From contig OZ316776.1 of the NCBI GenBank assembly GCA_973851085.1, positions 8,804,001-8,868,000 of the forward strand: a stretch of 64,000 bases of DNA, given 5' to 3'. The translations under genes and the position numbers were made by a program. This DNA is from Ptychomitrium polyphyllum. Its lineage: Eukaryota. Below, in pieces: positions 13,493-26,089 of this stretch (positions are counted from its first letter, which is position 1; each line of letters begins with the position of its first letter). A model generated the notes under the pieces. The model worked only from the letters and a program-made list of their open reading frames with translations, did no database searches and was not told the origin of the DNA.

Positions 13493-14590
13493 TCATTGCT
13501 TACTTGTATTCTCATCTGAGCCCAATAAACTGGCAAGGGCTAATATGACCACACTTAAAAGGCATGGAGTGGCGATCATCAACAATGCTACATTGATATT
13601 CGGAGTAGTGACTGAGGGTACACAGAGACTACCATACTTCACCAACAATGCACCAGCAACGCAGCCTGCACTCAGCTTCCCAAAGTACTGCAGCTCGCCC
13701 TGTTCCATTCCACAGCTCAATCAACGCCCATGCTTTCACATCTTTCTATTTAAAATTATCAACTGGTAACAATGAGTGATGACATAAAATATAATGGAAG
13801 CGAATATTCAAATTCATGCGCACAGAAGTCTATGAAACATGTACAAGCAGAAAAGGGTTTAAGACTGCTTTTCTTGCACATCTCAACTCAGAGAAACCTG
13901 GAGAAGGAAGATTGCATTGTATTGTGTTCCAAAATGAACACAATGTAACAGATCCTTTCCCATTTATCATCAACAAAAAAAACTTGTAATCTGAACTGAA
14001 GAGAGAGATGAACGCTAGGAACGAACCCTAAAATCCTACAACGACAATTCCAAATTGCACCTTGTTAGGCAGCAGAGACTTTCATTTCCTCGAATTCAGA
14101 TTCCAGCAGAACCACAACGTGTACTCCAGTAGTTGAAGGATTATGCGGAGATCAAAAAAGATGACAAGAGCCAAGGCAGAACTACACTACTAAGCTCGTG
14201 CATCTGTGTTCACCCACCTTCTCACTGTGCAACTGCAACAGCAAGCGCTAATTTTATTCTGACACAGTAAGATAGAGCTCTAGTACCAACAAGAGTTCAG
14301 TCAAATAATTGCACCAAAAAAGGAAACTGCAGAAACGGGGCCTGGGCTGAATCTCTCACCGGTGGTGGAAACTGGGGCTGCTTCGTACCGTCACGTCGAT
14401 CTTCACCAACTGAACCACGCGCACAGCCCACCTTCGACCTGAAATGCACTCCACCTGCTCGCTTGGACGCCTCCCCTCCATCCCGGGAGGTCAAAAGACC
14501 ACCAAAACGGGTGACATTTCTGGACGAAAGGCCAGCCCTTGCAACAGCGCAGGCACCATGTGGGGATGTGGGCGTGCGTAGCAGAGCCAT
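13493..14590 (-). CDS. Small plastid-targeted membrane protein of unknown function (2 exons, ~145 aa)
   Basis: Exon 1 (14590-14360) is Ser/Arg/Ala-rich and transit-peptide-like (MALLRTPTSPHGACAVARAGLSSR...), ending at a CCG|GTGAGA donor. Exon 2 (13699-13493) follows GAACAG| in phase and has two hydrophobic segments (KLSAGCVAGALLVKYGSL...PNINVALLMIATPCLLSVVILALASLL). An alternative ATG lies at 14611. Confidence 0.75.
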
Positions 14591-16337
14591 GTCCACCACC
14601 GCACCCACCATGGCTGATGGCCGCACTCTGCTCTCGTCACCTCGTCCTCTTGCAGCTATCTTCACAGCTCTCTTTCTCTCACTCTCAAAGCTCCTTATTT
14701 TGTTCTTCCTATGATATTAATACCCTCCCTTGCCTTATCCGGGGTTCTAACTCCCGGGTATCAACTGCCCACTCTCACTTGGGTGAGCCACGAAAAGTTT
14801 CAACGCTTTGCTGTGTGACCATTTCTGACCACTCTGCTTTAACAGTGTTCAAAACATACACTGCTCTCAAATCATACTAGCCTACATGGGACTGCCCTTT
14901 TCGTCAAATACTTGCAAATAGTAACTAAGTATATTTGAAAATGGCAGGCCTAACATTTTTTAGGTGGATAATATTGCACCATGATTAAGAAGATTAGAAG
15001 AATATTTCACTTTTTCTAGAAGTGCTAAACTTTTGCTAGGTATTGATTATTGTTGGAATATTTGGAGAGATGTTCTACTATAGAAGTGGTGCTGGGTCAT
15101 ATGGCTAAAGAATGTAACGGTGCTTTGAGATTTATGCAGTAGAGTGGAGTGTTTTTCCTCTCCATTGTTGGAATCTATTATGTGACCGGAGTTTTGTAAA
15201 AGAAAAACGTTTTGGAAAGTTCAATGGGATTATTGTTAAAGGTCAATATTGATGTAATCAAATGGGGTGCTCTGATACAATATGCAACTTGGACATGTCA
15301 AGTGTGCTTTTCGGTCGTCCCTTTGTCATGAAGGCTGAAATGTTAAGGATTATCTTTTTGGTATTTTTCTCCTTCAAAAGCCACTGCAAGCAAGTAAAAT
15401 CTGGTTACTAAAAAATCATTGACCACAGTCATAGCTCACAATATTTGAAAAACAGCAAAAACAAAACATCTAAAAGATTATGGCACCCTAATCATGACAG
15501 AACAAAAAAATCAGTAGTATGTTTTCAAACCAAAAATCTTATGAATACATGTCCCCAAATAAGCTTAGCCTTATTTTGGCCAATATGCAAATTTGCCAAA
15601 ATAAAAATAAACGAGAAGGTTTTTAACTTATAAATGGAACCTTACTTTTTCTAAATCAACAAATTGTTCTGTTTTTGGTGACAAAAACTTGAAATGGACA
15701 TTGGACGTCAGGTATTACCATGTTCTGTTGAATGATATGTTACCATGGAATCCTGTACCTTTTCCCAAGACATGGCAGGTAGTGAAGCTGCACTGAACTT
15801 GGTTAACGATCATCACAAATTTTGACTTACAGTGTTCTGACACCATGCATATGAGAGCAGTGTCCTTTGAAATGCTCCATAGCTGTGGATAAATATAGGC
15901 AATAACTGTTACATGATCAGTTTCTTTTTCATGGAGCAGTTAAGTCTAGCATTCTGTTCCTCCTCCGAATTAAAAAATGAATATTTCATTTCGTATTTGA
16001 AGTCGCTAAAGTTTTTCTCCTTTCAAGAGTGGCCGTGGTGGCACAGAAACGGCTCTGGATCTGCCTAAGCAGCCTCAGAAGTTGAGCTATCACCAAAGTG
16101 AAGCTGTATTCAAGTTTCAAGTTTCAAGTCTGCACTACTTTTGTGAGGTGCAGCATGTGCCCAGCATGCATCCTGGACTTGGGAACCTCGTGTTAAATAG
16201 CGGCACCATCGTCCTCTTCAACGCGATCGGTTGAACCACCAGCGTTCATGGATCCGTGCTGTAAGCGTCAGATTCCAACTAGATCGTTATGTGAAATTCT
16301 TCTGTGAGCTTCTCTATCAAAATGGAAAGATTCATGG

Positions 16338-16762
16338 ATGAAGAGTTGTACTTCACAGGCGGTGCTTGTACTTGCACTGTATCTGGGATCACTTCTATTG
16401 ACGGTTGTGGCATCGTCAGAGCTGCCATTTCTGCAACACTTCATCACGTCGCCATCTCAGAGCCACTCCGTCTCTCAGCTGTGTCTGCAGAGTATTAGGG
16501 GACACAACACCATCACTGAGTCAGGGTGTTTTTCGGTGATCACATAGCAAGTCAAGTTGAACGTAGTTAACCTTCATCGAATGCAGTCTGTCATGTTGAT
16601 TCACATGTACCTCATCACAGTTCAATGTTTTCGGTTTCATGACATTTTGTTGCAATGTTATGGCAGCTTTGCAGTCCTTCTGGATCACGCAATGTGAAGA
16701 ACCACCATCATCACAGAGTTGTGCACGAGCACCGGCCTCGTCCAAATCCGTTCCACTCATGA
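16338..16762 (+). CDS. Candidate small secreted peptide precursor (~91 aa, 2 exons)
   Basis: Clear signal peptide MKSCTSQAVLVLALYLGSLLLTVVASS. A putative intron 16526-16674 (GG|GTGTTT...TTTGCAG|) gives ...GPSGSRNVKNHHHHRVVHEHRPRPNPFHS*. The splice model is inferred, and the same frame reopens at 16763-16990. Confidence 0.5.
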
Positions 16763-17982
16763 ATGACCACCAACTGCGAAATGGGAAGAGTTCCAGGGCA
16801 TCGACTCCACCTCCTGGGTACTCGGTCTAGCAACAATGTACCTGTGAATGGCATTGTGTGTTACCACTTCCCATATACTCCTTCGGCTACCATGAGTGTT
16901 CCTGAGTATAGCAAACCTACTCCAGGAGGACAGCCTGCTGCACCAACAAATCCAAGTGCAGATGGTTATGGAAGCGGTTGGGCCAAGTGATCTGTAGATG
17001 ACATCGTGGATCGCCCTACGCTTAGAGGACACCCTCCTCCTCCACCAACTCCAAGAGCACAAGTCATTGTGGAAATGGTGAGCCTACCATTGTTGTGTAG
17101 AGGGCAAGTTGACAATAGATAAGTGTTTAATTAATTCTCACAGAGGCTGAAATGATCAATAGGAATGAGGAGTTAGTCGGTAAGTGATAAAGTTTAAGGA
17201 TCAATGTCGACTCATGTGTGTAAAATTCTTTATATTCTACGTTTCAATTTCGTGATCGTCAGTAATTTACACATTTCTGTATGACTTAGAAAAAGGTTTC
17301 AAGTGGACCAGGTGAATGTAGAAATTAAAAGACAAGACGTTAACATTAGTAGAGGTATAATCTGCAACATATAACATTGCAAATTCTTATCATTAGAGAA
17401 CTGTTCTCAAGTAACATAATCATGTACTTAAGCTCTTGGGTGTTTATTAGCTATTATTTTCGTTACTGCTCGGCGTGGGATTACATAGTCAAGCCTGGGA
17501 GTCAAAAAAGCAAAGCTGAGCTCATCTGAGGAGAGAAAGTAAGGGGAACATCAAAATTTGAAGAGGTACTTGATTTTCCAAGTGGTATTGCAAATGTGGA
17601 ATGGTAATTTACGTCCAAGAAGTCTCAGCATTTACAACGATTCCGAAAAGTTCTCCTCGAAGTCACAACCTTGCGCGCATTGAACTTAGCTCTCATCGAG
17701 TGAGTCCGCTAAAGAAAAAGTAAAGAAAATATCGAAAATTGAAATCTAACTAAATGGAGCTTGAGCTCACATTACGATTTCACTCTCACAACACCAAACC
17801 ATGACACAAACTATAGCCGCCGTCTTAAGTCAAGGATCGCTAAAGACAAAAAATGCTCTTCTAAAGTAATAACTCTGTTTGAATTCCCGACTGATACACT
17901 CAAATAACCTGGCTCCAACCAGTTTTGAAGGTAATTGAACTAAAGGCCGAGCGCACCTAAAATGCCAAATGAACTTGACATA

Positions 17983-20900
17983 TCAACGTCCATCGTTTGA
18001 AGTGAACGTGTTCGCGAAATCGTGGGGTTTGACTGGAATACTTGCCCTACTATGATCATCTCCACTAGTGAAAGAATAGTCTTCCAAATCCTGCCATTGC
18101 TTCAAGGCTTCTGGTAACGTGAGCTGTAAATTTATTTCCTCGCTGCTTTCTCCAGTTAACGTCTTCGCAGGTTTCCATTGCTCCACCAGAGGCTTTAAAA
18201 CATTTACGGCATGGCCCATGTCTGGTCGCTGATGCGGCTCCCGTTGAGTACATAGCAGAGCTAGATCCGATACAATGTTGAGACTCTTGAGTGTTTCTTC
18301 AATCACAGTGATAGTTGGATCAATGCAGTTGGCGAAGGTTTCTAGACTGGTGTTCGTTCGCCTGAACCAGGTGACGAGATGCATGTTCTCTTCTAATTCG
18401 GTCTCGTCAAGAGCTCTCCTTCCAGTAATCATCTCCATTAGAACAACACCAAAGCTAAAGACATCCGCTTTTGTGGTCACACGGCCCGTCACTGACCAGA
18501 AAAAAAAAATTAGTCAGCAACAAAGCATTATAATGTACACAACATACAAGCCAATTGATCATTATAATCAGGTCTGCGTTAATTTTTCCAAAAAGTTTTT
18601 TTGTAACAGAAAATGGAAATGAACACAACAATCTGAGATGGACTATCCAGATGAATGACTCGCATACATGCAGATAGTTCAAATAACATTGTGAGACAAA
18701 TGGACATACCTGCATATTCAGGAGCCAAGTAACCGAAAGTGCCTGCTAGCCTTGTCTCGACAGAGAAATTGTTTTCGGGGGCCAACTTCACAAGGCCAAA
18801 GTCTGACACCTTCGCATGCCAGTTATCCCCCAGCAAAATGTTGGAAGGTTTCAAGTCTCTGTGTATGAAACTCTTGTGCGCTAACCCGTGAAGATACTCC
18901 AAACCACGGGCCACATCAAGGGCAATACTCAACCTCCTTGTCCACTCCAAGGGACTTGTTCCCAGTGATTTGTATTCAAAGAGATGCTGGGCAAGAGTAC
19001 CCTGTGCCATATACTCGTAAACCAGAAGCCTTTCATTTCTTTGTGCACAATATCCTTTCAGTTCCACAAGGTTACGATGCCTAACTTTCGACAGAACCGA
19101 AATCTCTGATTGAAATTCCTTCAGCCCCTTGGTACTCATCACAGCGGCTTCCATTCTTTTCACTGCAACCATTGTGCCGTCCGGAAATGTACCTTTGTAG
19201 ACAACTCCAAAACCTCCTCGCCCAAGGACATTCCTCTCGGCAAAGTTATCAGTCACTTCTCGCAACACTTCATAAGAGGTTCCAAGATTCTCACCCTCTC
19301 CCACCTGGACCAGAACAAAACATAATCAGTAACCAGACTTATCAGATCCTCTAAACCCTAAACCAAGACAAAGACTTATTCTACGAGTTCAAAGAACTAT
19401 AAAATAATTCAACCGTTGAAATGGCCATGTTTCAATAACGCCTCTTACGAAGCAACATCAGTTCAAGGCTCTGATAAATCACCACAAATATGCTATAAAT
19501 GACACATACCTGATTATCACTAGGCACGCTATTATTAGTCCATGTGCCATCAGTAGCCTGAGCAACTCTGAAATTTGCCACAGTCTTCCCCAACTCTGGA
19601 TCCGAGCCCGAATCTCCTCGTGGGTGCACCACTGTATGCTGCCCTTGCATCAGTGACTTCTTCTTCTTCTTTCTAATTAAGCGGATGGCCACAAACACAA
19701 CCACGAGAACCAAAACCAGGGCTCCAAGAATGACGCCCACAATGATGCCCACTTTCGACTTCGACGACGAACTGGGCGTAGTAGCTCCGGGAGTTCCAGC
19801 AGGGGTTCCTGGGGGAGAGGAAGGAGGCAGAATGGTCCCCAAAAAAGGATTCCCTGCACTATTAAATGTCACTGTAGAACTAAACGTCGGAACAGGACCG
19901 GAAATATTGTTATTGGTCACATCCAAAGTTTCAAGAACTGGCAAGGTGGTGAGCTCATTAGGTATGGAGCCAGTAAAACCATTGTCGTTCAAGAGAATCT
20001 GCTTCAACGAAGTAATGTTCGCCAAAAACGGAGAAATCGTTCCTATCAATCCCTGCTTCGCAAGAGACATGCTCACAACATCGGTCCCGCCCGCAGCACA
20101 TGTAATACCACTCCACACACACGGATTCGACCCTATCCAGTTCTGTGACAGCGGCTGCGGGTAACCAGCATCTTTCAGAAACTGAAGCAACGCTGTTACC
20201 TGCACAGAGCAAGGTGATCCACCAGTAGCACAGAAATCCGCAGTGTCCAAAGTAACATTAGCAGTTCCAGGAAAGGCAGGGATCTGACCACTGAGGTAGT
20301 TGTTCTTCATAATTACAGTCGTAAGTGGCAGCTTCGATAGATCGAGCGGCATCTGCCCCACGAGAAGGTTGTCATTCAAGCGAAGGTCTGTAAGCCCCTT
20401 CGCGTCCACGACCCCATCCGGTATGGGACCTGTGAGCTGGTTCACCTGCAGCCAAAGCAGCTTCAGAGCCGGCATTTGCCCACACGGCGCCATCGTGCCT
20501 TTCATCCCGGCCTGGTTGTTCACCTGCAGCACTTCGAGGTTGGACCCAGCGAACGACGCTGGCATGGACGGGATGTTGTTGTACGCTGCCAACAAGACTC
20601 GCAGGCTTGGCATTGCGGCGACGTACTCAGGAATTGAGTTTAGGTTGGTCGACGCGACAGACAAGTTGGTGAGCATGGTGGACGCGGTGATGGCTTCCGG
20701 GAAGGTCCACCCCGCGGTCCCATTCAGCCCAACGTTCCTGTCGATGTACAGATTCTGGACGCTTGTCAAACCGTTAAAGAAATCGCCCGGTATGCTGGTG
20801 AAGTTGTTGTTATGAAGGTACACGTTCTTGAGGTTTACCATGCCGGCGAGCGACGGCATCGCCCCCGTGAAGCCGTTGTTGTTAAGCTCCAGAAACGTCA

Positions 20901-21186
20901 AGTCTGTGAGCTGGTTAAGAGTGGGTGTGACAGTCCCCCCCAGACCTGCATCGCGTAGCCTCAATTCCACAACGTTGCCGCTAGCGCCACCGGAGCATTG
21001 CACCCCTGTCCATTCTGCGCAGTAATTCGTCCCAGTCCAGCCCAAACTCGCCCCGTTCGAGACCCCTTTCAAGAAAGCCTGCAACACCGCGCCATCATTG
21101 CGCGCCGCCACAGCCGCGTCCACAAACAACACTACCGCTACGATCGTAATACAAAGAACCCAGTTCCTTCCATCCTTAGTTTTCAT
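17983..21186 (-). CDS. TMK: TMK-family (LRR-IX) leucine-rich-repeat receptor-like kinase, 3 exons
   Basis: Exons 21186-19510, 19304-18710 and 18491-17983. Signal peptide, LRRs interrupted by the TMK-specific Cys-containing break (FCATGGSPC...AGYP...WIGSNPC), Ser/Pro linker, TM helix plus KKKKK, RD kinase ([29 protein letters not shown]), and a TMK-type C-terminus ([11 protein letters not shown]). Confidence 0.96.
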
Positions 21187-21722
21187 TGCACATACTCTCA
21201 CCGCCGTGATCTCTTTCGTACCGAGAATAATCCTCCCCTCTTTCTCCTTAACACTACACTCACAATATCCTCAATTCATACAAAGGCTGTCAAACCCACG
21301 ACCTTCACCGCATACGGTAACGTAAACTGCACGTCATGAATCCTGCACCAGAACCGCAACAACAGGAACAAGAAAGCAAACATCAGCCACGGCAATGGAA
21401 TGTTCAAACTCTTTCCACCGCAACCATCAATGCCCAGTCATGAATGCAGCAAGTATTGGCAATCTGCCTACTGAAGTACTACACCACCAAGCACGTCCAC
21501 CCATTACTCGTCTGACACAGGAAAACCACAACCGACACCAACACGTACACACGCATTCAACCCACCGCTTCCTCAGTCACCCCAAAACTCTCCCAAACCT
21601 CTGAAAAACCCCTAAAGCAAATGCGATACTGCACTCCTCCACATCCATGCCACCCACCCTAGGTGCTTTCAGCTAGATGACCACTAGGAGTCGTCTCTCA
21701 TCACCAGAAGCAGCAAACACAC

Positions 21723-22060
21723 AGAGCCACATACACTAAACCCACTTCACCACTCACAGAAAAATTCACCCAAACCTCAAGCTCGAGCTCAACTTCATCA
21801 CAAGAACGACTACAGAAGGGACACCCATTCACATTCATAGATGCTCATCTTCGACACCCGAACGAGTACATGGAAAGCAAACACTCAATGTAGAGCCATA
21901 TGACTTACACCCACTTCACCACTCACTCCAAAAATTACACTCAAACCTCGGGTCCAAGCTCAAACCTCGTCACCACCACGGCTACACAAGCATTCACATC
22001 CACATTCATGGATGCTCATTATCGACACCAGAAGTAGCGCATGCAATGCAAAGACTCACA
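21723..22060. repeat. Diverged tandem duplication, ~169-bp unit x2
   Basis: Both units (from 21723 and 21892) share AGAGCCA...ACCCACTTCACCACTCAC...AAAATT...CAAACCTC...CACATTCAT.GATGCTCAT..TCGACACC.GAA...GCAAA.ACTCA. Confidence 0.8.
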
Positions 22061-25000
22061 AGGCAGTCGTATAACACACCAGCCGAGTGATGTCGATGCT
22101 GGCAGGCACCGTCACCACACACACAAACACACACGCGCGTACAAGCAGGGTAAGTTAGCGTTGAATTTAGCAGGGCCTGAAATGCGAGAAGGTGCTGATG
22201 CACACGGCAGAGTACATGAGTCCAGGTAGTAATCTGTCGCTACTTGCGCACGGCGCCTTGATGCACGTCTTGGATGCGGGTTTGCAGTTTGCAGTTCCAC
22301 CGAGTTTGCAGCTGGCGAGGCGAAGGGTCAGAGAAACCGCGGTCGCTGGTGCCAACGGGGATGCCAACTGGGTGGAGTCAGAGTTCGCCACTCTTGAAAC
22401 GCGAGCGTCACAGAGATTGTTTGGGGACCCAGAGGGTTGAGAGTGGCCAGAGCTTAGCGCATGTTCGCCACTTTCTTGCTTGCCGGACCTCGATATCTCC
22501 GCGTTTCCCGCTTTAAGAAATTCTTTAACACCGTAATTGACGGGCTTTTTTCAAGTCCCTTTTTTGAGGTTGCTTTACAAAGATTTTATGTTGGTTTCTG
22601 GCAGTAGTGAGTGCAGTCAGCCAGTGGGCGATCTGTCTGTCAGGGGAGCCTGCAGGGGACCAGTCTGTGGAGAATCGTCCGAGTTTTTGTGTGTAGGTGT
22701 GGATGTTCTTCTGTTTTCTTGAGCTGGTGGAGATGCTCGCAGTGGCTCTGAATTCTGGCGGTATGGATTGTGGCACCCAATTCTTCTTCTACAAACATGC
22801 TGTGCTGAGCTGGCTTTTCTTTAGCAGCTTTACTTTTATTGGGAATTGCAGTGCGTCGTTAGGGACATCGACTTCCGCGGGGATGCAAAAGATAGTGAAG
22901 GAAGAGACAAACCTTCAAGCAGCTGGATTTCACCAAAATAATCTATGGACAGTTTGATAGAACAATCAACTATGTTGAAGAACCAATGGATTTGTACCCT
23001 CTTGTGGGGCTGATCTGCATTTCAGAGAGAAATCAAGTAACAAGGTTGTTATGATGACTACCTCTATTGCTTTCAATGTTATGGCATAAGAGGATGATAA
23101 GTCAATATTTCACACTACAATTTTTCTAACAATAGTTTTGATTGTCTTTTATGGCATTAAATCTTAAAAGAGTGTCTTTTATTTAACCTTCATCTATATT
23201 CTTATTCATGATGTCTATTGATGAATTTGTAAACAGATTATATATAGTGTGCAATATAATTTCTATTCCCTTATTACATTACTTTTACCTATGATTATTA
23301 TATCAATTTCTTATTAACATGTGTTGTTTATTGGTGTTACAAGAATAAAATATATTAAATTAAATTTATTTTTTAAAAAGAAATTCACAAAAATCTACAC
23401 TTTCAATTTAAAAATAAAAAAAATATCATAGCCAAAAGGTGTACTTGAATAAAAAAATTTAATCATAAACTATGAGTTCCAAAATTAAGAAAACCAATTA
23501 ATAACCAATCAACATAGGTAAGTATGTTCCACATACAGTACCTTGTAACTTTTTTGTCATGTTGACGAGCAATGGACAGATGGGGGATAGCGTTGAGAGC
23601 AGATTATCTAAAGAACATAGGCACGCTTCTCAACGCTTGAAAGAGTTGATTTGTCCACCTGCAAGTTAGGTGTAAGCAAGTGCATAGCACTGTACCAGGC
23701 TGTATCAGAAGCAGAGCGGAGCCTGCTAAAAATGTTGGTCTGTATAGTCAGATAAGGCTTAGGAGTGTGCCTGTGCACTTTATCTGTAAGCTACAGCTGC
23801 AGATTAGTGCAGTTGCTACATTCTACGGTGAAAAAGATTAACATAGAGCGTGTTTTGCTGCAACCAGTGAAATACTTCTGCGAGGATTTAAAAATTTGGT
23901 AGAATATGCAAAAAATATAAAACATGCTATTCAGAAAGTATGCTTATTGTATGAATTGTGGATTTTGCCGTTTGCAGTAATTGTACACAAGTAGAAAGAT
24001 AGCTGCAAGGAACACCTTGGTCATATCTATAGTTGCCAATTGTGATTCCCAAATATGCTAAAGGATGTCAGTTGTACACCTGGCAGAGGAACAGCACATG
24101 TTCCTGTGGCGGTGGTCACACTCAACCATATGCTCTCTCCTCTCTTGCCGAAGTTTCAGCAAGGCCCTTCAGTCCAAATAGCATGACTCCTGCTTAACTC
24201 TGGGCAGGTAAAGTATGTAACATTCTTCAGCGACCCCTTTAGAAACCCTCTGAACCCTCTGGATTTCAATGACCATGTATTAAGCATCTGTTAAATGTTA
24301 TTACACTGCAAATCAAATACTTTTAGAGTGACGTACTATTGATAACGTCCGAGAGCATGACGAAACATGATGTCACTATCATTCAACAATTATTTTGTTC
24401 CAACAATGAGCAGCAATAGTGGGATGATGACAGCATTGAAATGGGTGACATCATCACAGTGACACATAGTAGCAACGTTCTAAGGTAAAGGGACAGCAAC
24501 ACACTAACTGCCATCTGTCACTATCCCAATGAGGTTATATAATAAGTATCACTATTTATCAGTCACAATAAATAATACAGTTTACCCAAACAGGGGCAGC
24601 AAGAGGGTTATTAATTTACTATGGTCCAATGAATTTCCTGTAGTCAATTTTCTACTAAAATTGACACAATTTCATACAAAAGCTCTTCATTTTGTCATTT
24701 TTCCATTAACTATGTGGGTTTGAATTTACTTTATTGCCATGTTGGGAGCAATTTTTTGCGATGTCTCAGTATAACAGGCGAACATTCGAAGTAGCTTCAT
24801 GTGCTATTTGACACATGGACTGAAAGAGGCCAATTGTTTTCTCTACCAGTTATATTACACCAACCATACAAAAAAGGCCCGTGAGCTGTAGAGCACCACA
24901 GTTGATGGTTCTATTTCTCCTTTCCCTTTTCATGTGAGAAAAGAAACGATGGTTCTTCTTTCATATTGATAACGGACTTATACAAGCCTCTGAACTCTTT

Positions 25001-26055
25001 TCTGGAGCCTGCACATAGTACTTCAAAATTAGTAGAAACCATAGGAGCACTACCAAATGAAAATGGCGTGAGTCTTATCATATGAGTGGCTACAATCCTT
25101 GAATGACCACTGAGGTGCAGAGAAGTACGAGTGTCACTGTCAACAACAGACTGGTCTCGCTGCTGAAGCAGGACTCACACCTTCATGTGAGCTGTGAGCA
25201 AAACATCAGAAGGTGGCAGCCTTGTCCTTTGGGTGGGACAACGTCAACAGCCCCAATATTTGGGTAAGTAGCCATGGCGTGCTTACAGACACTAAACAAA
25301 CTTTTCATAAGTTATGATACCAACTATTACATGATACTCTAAGCACCCTAGTCACCTGACAGATCCGTCACTCAAACTGGATGATAAAATCTTGGGAGTT
25401 GTTTCAAGATGAAATTGAGACTGGAACATTTGAACGAAGGGATTTTGGAGTATATAAGACTCAATGCAATCTATTTCTAGAAAACCTTAAAAAATCTGTC
25501 AAGGAAGCGATCCGTGTGGTATGTGATTGCCATGCTTATTTCTATTTTAGTAGTTCTAAGATTTTCTCATATAACGAACATGATATTCTTATCCACTTTA
25601 CTTGTGGACTTCTCATTTTGGAAACATTTCCTTAGTTATGTTATTTTCAAGAATGTTGTTGGTGAATTGTGCATGTTCTCAATGAATGTCCTCTTAGAAA
25701 ATTTGTGAATAAGAATGTCATGTTAAAAGATCATACAAAATGGTAGTTGATAAAACTAAATTCAAGTGCCACTTATGTGACAAGATACATGTAAATTAAT
25801 TTTTATATATAGCAATGTAACCTATCCTCTATAGATTAATCTTCTATTTGTAATGATGTTACCAATCCTTAGTATGTACTATTTCTAGCCATAAAATCAT
25901 TCATGTTATGGATATAATCCTTGATTTGCGTACGCATCGCAATCTCTTGTTATTATGTGCTCTATTGTCTTGCATCCGTGATATATTGTGATTAGTTTGG
26001 TAATATCATGATCTATATGAAATTTGCAAGTAAAAAAATGGCTTTAAAATATAGC

Positions 26056-26089
26056 ATATTCAATTTGTATATTCAATTTGTATATTCAA
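26056..26089. repeat. 13-bp tandem repeat
   Basis: ATATTCAATTTGT x2.6. Confidence 0.8.

Noticed and set aside
16760..16762. Selenocysteine reading of the in-frame TGA
   Set aside because: Land plants lack known Sec machinery, there is no redox motif context, and no SECIS was recognised.
19685..20815. 159-aa and 171-aa plus-strand ORFs inside the TMK gene
   Set aside because: Antisense shadows of the LRR exon.
23589..23638. Small hairpin AGCGTTGAGAGC...GCTTCTCAACGCT
   Set aside because: The ~12-bp stem is too short for a plant pre-miRNA and is plausibly chance.
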